Counted from the stretch's first letter, positions 7,201-13,334 are shown. The stretch: 20,000 nucleotides of DNA from an uncultured virus (IMG/VR IMGVR_UViG_3300032093_000026) (IMGVR_UViG_3300032093_000026), one strand, 5' to 3'. Made by a program: numbers and translations. The notes: a model not told the origin generated them from the letters alone.

Positions 7201-7311
7201 GCACAGTTGTAGTTGGTTATATCCTTCTAGAGGGGTATAATCTGTAAACCTACTGTCACTTAGATGACAGCTTGTAAAACATCGCCAAAGGTGTGGGGCT
7301 ACAACTTGTGC
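7201..7311 (+). ncRNA. Candidate four-way-junction RNA
   Basis: GCAC-AGTTGTAGT/GCTACAACT-GTGC closure; GGTTATATCCTT/AGGGGTATAATC; CTGTCA/TGACAG; CATC/GGTG. Confidence 0.55.
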
Positions 7312-7349
7312 TTTGAGATTAATTAGTAACCAATTAAATCATATATATT

Positions 7350-7541
7350 ATGAAAATGTCTATTAAAGAGTTAAATGAAATACTCTATTGTGTTGGTAAA
7401 GTTAATATGATTGAACCTAACAGCCCGTTCAAAGATGTTAGAGATGGTGTTGTTAATAAGATTACCGACAAGCTTAATGCTTATGTAATGGATGAAATGC
7501 GTAAACAGGGTTTACTTCCTGTGTCTGAAGAATGTTTTTAG
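7350..7541 (+). CDS. Hypothetical protein
   Basis: 63 aa, followed by a strong hairpin. Confidence 0.65.
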   Translation: MKMSIKELNEILYCVGKVNMIEPNSPFKDVRDGVVNKITDKLNAYVMDEMRKQGLLPVSEECF

Positions 7542-7555
7542 TTTATTAAAATATT

Positions 7556-7586
7556 GAACTAGGTGTAGCAATACATCTAGTTCTTT
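7556..7586 (+). terminator. Terminator-like hairpin
   Basis: GAACTAGGTGTA-GCAA-TACATCTAGTTC-TTT. Confidence 0.65.
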
Positions 7587-7663
7587 ATTCCTATGTTGTA
7601 AGGAATTAAAACCAAGATGCTGAACTTGGGAATAAGTGTTTACACTTATTTATATACAAAACA

Positions 7664-8198
7664 CAGCTGTTATTAGTAGTGCTTCATTGCGCGAGGAGTA
7701 ACACAATGATGTGGGAACCACAAAGCCTTTAGCGAGGTCTAAAAGTTCCAGTGTTATAGATAAAGAGATGAGCCGCTAAGCTCATTGTAGTTGTCTATAA
7801 AGATAGGTCTTTAGGGAATAACCTATCAAAGCGAAAAATCCTACAATTAATAAAAATAATTGTCTGCAAAAGAGGGCGCAATCCCTTAATCCCATTCATA
7901 CAGGTTAGTAGTGCCAAACATCTTGGGGTAAAACTCAAAGTGTCTCGCAAGAGGATATGTTGAAGCTGTTGCAGCAGTGGATATATATCATCCTGAAGTT
8001 TAGAGACTTGCTATCTCGTAGACAGATGGATAGAATAATCGTATGAAGACCCAAAAGGTCAAACAGTGTTAGTTCTGATGATGACTAACAGGCATAAGCA
8101 TTGAACAGTTTAACAAGCTGGTTGACAGATTACATTACTAACTATAATGTAAGTCAATGCACAATAGCAATAGATCTTGTCATTACGCTATTACTTTT
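7664..8198 (+). ncRNA. Candidate large ornate non-coding RNA
   Basis: Lies in a ~730 nt gap with no ORF in the track; more than a dozen stems, long-range closure 7664-7684/8096-8120, kissing loops TTAGCG/CGCTAA, 3' hairpin plus U tract. Confidence 0.7.
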
Positions 8199-8273
8199 TA
8201 ATTCCAATAGGTGTATACACTTATTGTCTATTATATATATTTCCTTATTGCTTAACTATTAAAAATTTTTAAA

Positions 8274-8690
8274 ATGAAAAGATTTTATTTGGCTTTAACA
8301 ATTGTAGTTGTAATATCTGCTGTAATAGCATTGATATTTATGACATTTAACTCTGACATTGACACAACTTGTGCTGTTAGAGATCGTTCTGATGTTTATT
8401 TAGATGACGAAGAATATCTGATCTATCCATCTGATAGTACAGATAAATGGAATATTGTTTTTCCATCTGATGATTTATATGTAGATCTTAAACCTGAACA
8501 AATTGCATTGTTCTTAAAATCAGGCGAAATACCAAAAGACACAACTTGGGTTATTTATCCTCAATGTGAATATCAACTCACTATGGAAGATAATTATATT
8601 CTTATAGAAGATTTTGGTAGACCTATTGGTAAGATTCCATATAATAAAGCAGGCGATATTGGTAAACTATTATTAAAAGACAACGAATAA
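8274..8690 (+). CDS. Membrane-anchored/secreted protein
   Basis: 138 aa, N-terminal hydrophobic helix, acidic soluble domain. Confidence 0.75.
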   Translation: MKRFYLALTIVVVISAVIALIFMTFNSDIDTTCAVRDRSDVYLDDEEYLIYPSDSTDKWNIVFPSDDLYVDLKPEQIALFLKSGEIPKDTTWVIYPQCEYQLTMEDNYILIEDFGRPIGKIPYNKAGDIGKLLLKDNE

Positions 8691-8700
8691 AAACAATTTT

Positions 8701-8883
8701 ATGAGTAAAACAATTTTATTAGCTAGTTCAATTATACTAGCTATTTTAACGACAGTTATGATTTTCTTGTGCTTTTGTTTCTTAAACGCTAACAAAACTA
8801 GTTTAATTGTTATATGTACAATTAGTTTAGCAGGTTATTTAACAAGCGCACTTTATTTTCTTTCTTATAAAGAACAAAAATAA
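8701..8883 (+). CDS. Small membrane protein (2 TM)
   Basis: 60 aa, hydrophobic. Confidence 0.65.
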   Translation: MSKTILLASSIILAILTTVMIFLCFCFLNANKTSLIVICTISLAGYLTSALYFLSYKEQK

Positions 8884-8889
8884 AAAGTT

Positions 8890-9057
8890 ATGAAATACCT
8901 TATTTTTCTTCCAATTTACTGGGTTTATATGTTATTGCTATTCATAATCGTAGGAATCATTTGCTTATGGGCATTTGATTTTAAGAAATTTGGACTTAGA
9001 ACAAGAAATCTTAACCATGTTATTGGTTTTGGCTATTGGATAGGCGATAGATTATAA
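8890..9057 (+). CDS. Small membrane protein (55 aa, MKYLIFLPIYWVYMLLLFIIVG...)
   Basis: Manual translation; fills the gap between neighbours. Confidence 0.6.
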   Translation: MKYLIFLPIYWVYMLLLFIIVGIICLWAFDFKKFGLRTRNLNHVIGFGYWIGDRL

Positions 9058-9078
9058 AACTTAAAAATTTATTTGCAT

Positions 9079-9282
9079 ATGAAAATTAGTAAAAAACTAA
9101 AGGTGGCGCTGACATTAGCAGCGCTGCCTTTTTTGTTAGTCTGGGCTGGCTTTATTTTAACTGGTTTTGCTTTTAAACCACATGATATATTTCAATCAGG
9201 AGCATTTTGGGGTGGTTCAGTGATATATTGGACACTCTATATATGTATGATTGGTGTAATTATTGAAGAAATAAAACAATAA
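9079..9282 (+). CDS. Small membrane protein (2 TM)
   Basis: Track ORF trimmed to ATG 9079. Confidence 0.7.
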   Translation: MKISKKLKVALTLAALPFLLVWAGFILTGFAFKPHDIFQSGAFWGGSVIYWTLYICMIGVIIEEIKQ

Positions 9283-9287
9283 AGTAT

Positions 9288-9608
9288 ATGACTATACAAA
9301 ACAAATTCTATCAAACCGTCTTAGATGATCTAGGACGGTTTGTAGGTTATAGGACAACCTTCAATGTTCCTAAACAATTTGTATTAGATACCTATGATTA
9401 TTATATGAACATAGGTCGTAATTACTTTGTGGAGATTAAAACTCCTAAAATGAAATCTGCTAGACATATGTATTGCAAAATGTATAAAGATTTCCACATT
9501 ATGTTGGAAGATGTTAAATATCTGCAAATAGATGTTAACAGATGGAAAGAAAAGCAATTACAAGAAAAACGTAAATTTTTAATTAATTCTTTAAGTGAAA
9601 AATTATGA
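9288..9608 (+). CDS. Hypothetical protein
   Basis: 106 aa ORF. Confidence 0.7.
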   Translation: MTIQNKFYQTVLDDLGRFVGYRTTFNVPKQFVLDTYDYYMNIGRNYFVEIKTPKMKSARHMYCKMYKDFHIMLEDVKYLQIDVNRWKEKQLQEKRKFLINSLSEKL

Positions 9609-9730
9609 AAAAAATAGTATTATCTTTAATGGTTATTATCTTTTTAAGTTCTTGTATGAGATATAAAGTAGAGTCATCATCGCCTAGTGGCTGTGGTGTT
9701 TGGTATCCTGCAGGAAAGTTTAACAAGTAA
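9605..9730 (+). CDS. Small lipoprotein (41 aa)
   Basis: MKKIVLSLMVIIFLSSC-MRYKVESSSPSGCGVWYPAGKFNK; lipobox LSSC; ATGA overlap. Confidence 0.7.
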   Translation: MKKIVLSLMVIIFLSSCMRYKVESSSPSGCGVWYPAGKFNK

Positions 9731-9794
9731 GTACGAAGGTTGGGTGTCACCTGAGAGCTCGTAAGAGAGAAAACACCAAATTCTTTTTAAACGG

Positions 9795-9864
9795 AGCTCA
9801 TTTCTGCACCCTAAACATAGCATATATATGTATTAATACTATGTTTAGGGGGCATTTTTGAGCT
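9795..9864. repeat. Long inverted repeat
   Basis: CCCTAAACATAG (9809-9820)/CTATGTTTAGGG (9839-9850) perfect 12 bp, extended by TGC/GCA and AGCTCA/TGAGCT. Confidence 0.85.
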
Positions 9865-9879
9865 ATAAAATCATTTTTT

Positions 9880-10164
9880 ATGAGTAATGCAAATCAGTCT
9901 TTGGCACTAATGCTTGCCACAATCACACCGCGTGAAGTTCTTATTGAACAACTTGAAGAATCTATTTCTGAGTTTAAAGAAGCAAAACTTCTTAATAAAT
10001 CAGAAGAAGAAATGGATGACTTGTTTAGATCTCTTGCTGTAAGAGCACATCTTATTACTATTAATGTAATGACCAAAGGTAGTTTGGAAGGTGTGCAACA
10101 TATTATGCAAAGAATGGATGAACTTGAAAGACAAGACAATTTTTTCAAAAAAAGTACTAATTAG
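9880..10164 (+). CDS. Hypothetical helical protein
   Basis: 94 aa ORF. Confidence 0.75.
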   Translation: MSNANQSLALMLATITPREVLIEQLEESISEFKEAKLLNKSEEEMDDLFRSLAVRAHLITINVMTKGSLEGVQHIMQRMDELERQDNFFKKSTN

Positions 10165-10166
10165 TT

Positions 10167-10316
10167 ATGAAAAAGCTTTTATTGTTTCTTTTAGTTATTG
10201 TTTCTTTTTCTTCTTGCTTACGTGTAAGTTATCCCAGAAATAGTAGTAAGGGCTACGGCTGCAAAGGCAAAGAAAGCTGGAAACATATGGAAAAACGTAT
10301 TAATAAACCTTATTAA
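10167..10316 (+). CDS. Small lipoprotein (49 aa)
   Basis: MKKLLLFLLVIVSFSSC-LRVSYPRNSSKGYGCKGKESWKHMEKRINKPY; lipobox FSSC. Confidence 0.7.
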   Translation: MKKLLLFLLVIVSFSSCLRVSYPRNSSKGYGCKGKESWKHMEKRINKPY

Positions 10317-10326
10317 TTTATTTATT

Positions 10327-10518
10327 ATGATTAATTTATCAAAAAATGATAATCCAAACTATTTTGATTTATCTAAAGATGATAATCAGTTAGAACCACC
10401 ACCAGCTCAAGTTAATCTTGAGAATGGTAAGTCAATGTGGGTTATAGATGGTTATCGTATTTGGGCTAAGTCTTATAAAGAAGCACTTGAATTGCTTCCA
10501 CTTATTGAATCATTTTAA
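10327..10518 (+). CDS. Hypothetical phage protein (IDGYRIWA motif)
   Basis: 63 aa ORF. Confidence 0.7.
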   Translation: MINLSKNDNPNYFDLSKDDNQLEPPPAQVNLENGKSMWVIDGYRIWAKSYKEALELLPLIESF

Positions 10519-10519
10519 A

Positions 10520-10720
10520 ATGTTTTCTTATATGAAAAATAAGATAAGAACAATTCTTTTTGGAGAAAGAATAAAGGGGGAGAAACTTCCCCCTTTAAAA
10601 CCATTAAAAGAAAGACCAATGAATGAAAAAGATTTCTTTAAATGGTGTAATGAACTAAATGTTAGTTCACAGTATGGTAGACAAAATGTTCATATAGATA
10701 ATCTTAAAATCAATGGTTAA
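10520..10720 (+). CDS. Hypothetical protein
   Basis: Track ORF 10448..10720 trimmed to ATG 10520, directly after the upstream stop. Confidence 0.65.
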   Translation: MFSYMKNKIRTILFGERIKGEKLPPLKPLKERPMNEKDFFKWCNELNVSSQYGRQNVHIDNLKING

Positions 10721-11276
10721 AACTACTTATGAATCATCATTTCACAAAAAAGTAGTTCAAAACATTGTTTTTAAAGATTTTAAAATGCGTAAGTTTAAAA
10801 AACTTATTGGTTTAGCAGGTCCAAATATATCTAGTTATTTACTTTTTATAAAGAAAATGGGAATTAAACAAGCACATATATATGAAAATAATAATGAGCA
10901 AATTATTAATCAAGTGCTTGATTTTAAACCTATTATACCTACAACTGTAATATTTGAAGATATATTAAATGCGCCAGTTAAAGATGATACAATATATGAT
11001 TTAGATTTTTGTTGTAGCATTTTAAACGCTAGAGAGCAAATTAAAAAGTTTAAAAACAATGCGATAATTACTTTATCAATTAGACCTTTTGGTTTGAAAA
11101 AAACAATTAATGAATTTTGTAAGCTTATTAGTAAAAATAAAACGGTAATTAATTATAATACCAAGATAACTAATAGTTACAAAATGCATTTAATTATTCT
11201 TAGTAACAAAAAAATCTACGAGTGTTATCAGTATCGTGATAGCACATCAATGTTAACAATTAAACCTCAATTTTAA
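10713..11276 (+). CDS. Divergent class I SAM-methyltransferase-like protein
   Basis: LIGLAGP (motif I-like), HIYENN, FEDIL and YDLDFC in Rossmann order. Confidence 0.5.
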   Translation: MVKTTYESSFHKKVVQNIVFKDFKMRKFKKLIGLAGPNISSYLLFIKKMGIKQAHIYENNNEQIINQVLDFKPIIPTTVIFEDILNAPVKDDTIYDLDFCCSILNAREQIKKFKNNAIITLSIRPFGLKKTINEFCKLISKNKTVINYNTKITNSYKMHLIILSNKKIYECYQYRDSTSMLTIKPQF

Positions 11277-11285
11277 ATTAAAAAA

Positions 11286-11582
11286 ATGGCAACTAAATTA
11301 AAATTTTATACAAGTAGAGAAATTGCACACTTAAAAAGTATTGCAAACTACCCAACTAAGCAACAAAAGATTGCAGCATTAAAACAATTTTCAGAAAAAT
11401 TTGAAAGATCTTATAATGCTGTTTATATTAAATATCTCACTTTAACAAAACGTATAAATAACAAAACTGACAAAAGGTTAGTTAATAGATTATCTGTTAA
11501 AAAGGGTCAATTTAAAATACCTATTGAAAGTTGGAATATTAATAATGAAGATGGTAAATTATATTTTACTGTTAACTTCTAA
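11286..11582 (+). CDS. Myb/SANT-like HTH DNA-binding protein
   Basis: FYTSREIAHLK...FSEKFERSYNAVYIKY. Confidence 0.55.
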   Translation: MATKLKFYTSREIAHLKSIANYPTKQQKIAALKQFSEKFERSYNAVYIKYLTLTKRINNKTDKRLVNRLSVKKGQFKIPIESWNINNEDGKLYFTVNF

Positions 11583-11590
11583 AGAAGCTG

Positions 11591-11796
11591 AGCTAGCTAT
11601 TGCTAGATGGGTACATCCTTACCCTAAGCCATTGCAACTTAGGACTGATCAACCATGGGTGTGTGCTACGACAGGATTCTAGCTAATCAGGGATGAACAC
11701 CCTGTAATGGTGGATATTCAATCACTCCCAAGCCTGGGCTGCATTTATGCGTATACTACCATATGTAGAGATTTAATCTGCTACAATTGACTAGTT
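11591..11796 (+). ncRNA. Candidate ~205 nt multi-stem RNA
   Basis: AGCTAG/CTAGTT closure; GCTAGA/TCTAGC, ATCCT/AGGAT, CCTAAG/CTTAGG, ACC/GGT, CAGGG/CCCTG, CCCA/TGGG, GTAGA/TCTGC; terminator follows. Confidence 0.55.
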
Positions 11797-11808
11797 ACTG
11801 GGTATCAC

Positions 11809-11836
11809 AAGAGGTGGGTTAAGCCTCTTATTTTTT
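11809..11836 (+). terminator. Rho-independent terminator
   Basis: AAGAGG/CCTCTT plus ATTTTTT. Confidence 0.6.
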
Positions 11837-11847
11837 AACTTTGTTGT

Positions 11848-12123
11848 ATGAGTAGAATTGAAAAAGGTTTTGGGATGGTAACATATGATGTTATGCGAGA
11901 TCCTGAAATAAGCTTAAGAGAAAAAGCAATATATTCTTATTTATGTACATATGCTAATAGTAAAACTAATGAGCTATATGTAGGAATAAATAGAATTGCT
12001 GCAGAATGTGGAGTGGATCATTCTACAATTAAGAGAATCATCAAATCTCTAAAAGATAAAGGAATTATATCAAGAACATTAAGAGGTAATCTTAACAGTT
12101 CTATAACAGTTATATTAAAATAA
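11848..12123 (+). CDS. Helix-turn-helix protein (HTH_36, phage replication-initiator N-terminal-like)
   Basis: ISLREKAIYSYLCTYAN...GINRIAAECGVDHSTIKRIIKSLKDKGII. Confidence 0.82.
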   Translation: MSRIEKGFGMVTYDVMRDPEISLREKAIYSYLCTYANSKTNELYVGINRIAAECGVDHSTIKRIIKSLKDKGIISRTLRGNLNSSITVILK

Positions 12124-12128
12124 TTGTT

Positions 12129-12203
12129 AGAAGGCCCCAATATAATATCCAGATAATGTTTTGTAACGATTATTTGAGCTATTATAAGTGGATCAGGCCT
12201 TCT
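12129..12203 (+). other. Long imperfect hairpin
   Basis: AGAAGGCC/GGCCTTCT, TATAAT/ATTATA, CAGATAAT/ATTATTTG, GTT/AAC. Confidence 0.6.
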
Positions 12204-12210
12204 TAGTTAT

Positions 12211-12376
12211 TGTCTGATGTTGAGAGCCTATAGTGTATTGACGTGACGCCACGGATGTACTATGACCAGTTAGTAGTGTCCTTGACATGATCATAATAGG
12301 CCTGGGAAAACACGAAGACTCAGTAGTAATGTGATCCTCCGCAGATAACAAAGAACTATAGTCCTCAGCATAGACA
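12211..12376 (+). ncRNA. Candidate rod-shaped RNA with central bubble (6S-like architecture)
   Basis: TGTCT/AGACA, ATGTTGAG/CTCAGCAT, CTATAGT/ACTATAG, 17/13-nt bubble, CGGA/TCCG, TACTA/TAGTA, TGA/TCA, CCAG/CTGG, TGTC/GACA. Confidence 0.55.
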
Positions 12377-12377
12377 T

Positions 12378-12408
12378 TTTGTTTTTTATTAAAAGTTGCC
12401 TATATTTG
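12378..12408 (+). promoter_or_regulatory. Consensus Bacteroidota sigma-A promoter
   Basis: TTTG (12378-12381) - 19 nt - TATATTTG (12401-12408). Confidence 0.8.
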
Positions 12409-12427
12409 ATACATAAAACCAATTTTT

Positions 12428-12577
12428 ATGTACAAGTATGTAACTCAAAACATTTGTAAGGAAGGTAGTTCCTACAGAGTTCGTTATCAAAGAAATGGTA
12501 AACGCTATTCTAAATTTTTCTCTAAGCGTAAAGAAGCAATTGCTTATAGAAATAAAATGTTAGGAATGAGTTCTTAA
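12428..12577 (+). CDS. Small AP2/integrase-arm-like DNA-binding protein (49 aa)
   Basis: MYKYVTQNICKEGSSYRVRYQRNGKRYSKFFSKRKEAIAYRNKMLGMSS; three strands plus helix pattern; has its own promoter. Confidence 0.7.
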   Translation: MYKYVTQNICKEGSSYRVRYQRNGKRYSKFFSKRKEAIAYRNKMLGMSS

Positions 12578-12677
12578 ATTATTATTAGTACTAATATTTA
12601 ATCACAATTCAAAACAATTAAAAAAAGTTTTGGTTAGTAAGTTATGATTAATGAAGGGGTTAGTACTAATTTTGGTT

Positions 12678-12769
12678 AGTCAAGTGGCGGAATGTAGACG
12701 CTGAACAGAAGTGCATCATCTCAGTTATGAGTAAGGCGCAACATGCAGGTTCAAATCCTGTCTTGACAC
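12678..12769 (+). tRNA. tRNA-like element lacking a canonical anticodon arm
   Basis: GTCAAG/CTTGAC acceptor, GCG-GAATGTAGA-CGC D arm, GCAGG-TTCAAAT-CCTGT T arm; the middle is an irregular hairpin. Confidence 0.6.
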
Positions 12770-12776
12770 AAAACAT

Positions 12777-12866
12777 TTGGATCATCGCCATCGTAAAGCA
12801 TCACTGGAAGAGCTCCTATGGAGAAGTGAGATAGTCGAGTAAAACAGGAAACTGAAATTGATCCAA
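12777..12866 (+). ncRNA. Candidate 90-nt structured RNA
   Basis: TTGGATCA/TGATCCAA closure; TCACT/AGTGA, CTCC/GGAG, CAG-GAAA-CTG. Confidence 0.5.
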
Positions 12867-12884
12867 TACGTTTTTTGAAATTAT

Positions 12885-13306
12885 GGGCCTGCCTGGTATT
12901 GACAGCAAAGAACAGGTAGTATCACATGCAAGGCCTGGCAGAGGTCAAACAATCTGTCAAACAATAAAAGACAACTCTAACGTTGAGCTTTCTAATTACA
13001 CTGTTGAGTCTCTGTTTGCAGAGCTTGAGTGTTCTGAGCTTGAATTAGCTTAATTAGACGGGTAGCTATACCTTGGAACAGAAAATAGTATATAGTCCCA
13101 AATTTCCTGGATTATTAGGACTTTAATAATATTAGAATCTAGGTGGTGGAGCTGTTCTAACCGCTGGTTAGTTCCTCATACGGTGCAAAAGTAAAGCTCA
13201 TCCTTTACTTTAGTACAATAGTTGTCAAGCTATCTCTTGACTAAGCATGTAAGAATGGTATTACAGGTGATTTGTTTGGACAGGGGTTCGACTCCCCTCA
13301 GGTCCA
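12885..13306 (+). ncRNA. ssrA: tmRNA
   Basis: GGGCCTG/CAGGTCC-A acceptor with G3:U70; GGTATTGAC D-loop; CATGC/GCATG helix; GGAC-AGGGG-TTCGACT-CCCCT; tag ORF 12970-13053. Confidence 0.93.
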
Positions 13307-13334
13307 CTTAATTTTCATATAGCAAGCAAGGTAT

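Noticed and set aside
8067..8090. Hammerhead core CTGATGA at 8075
   Set aside because: Sits in a simple hairpin loop with no stem II or GAAA partner.
7664..8198. RNase P RNA or group I/II intron
   Set aside because: No GAGGAAAGUCC/P4 signature, no group I P7 R/S elements, no group II domain V or GUGYG start, and no interrupted gene.
11615..11677. Type III hammerhead (CTGATCA, ACC/GGT, GACA)
   Set aside because: Core deviates: C instead of G8, GACA instead of GAAA, and a 9-nt insertion.
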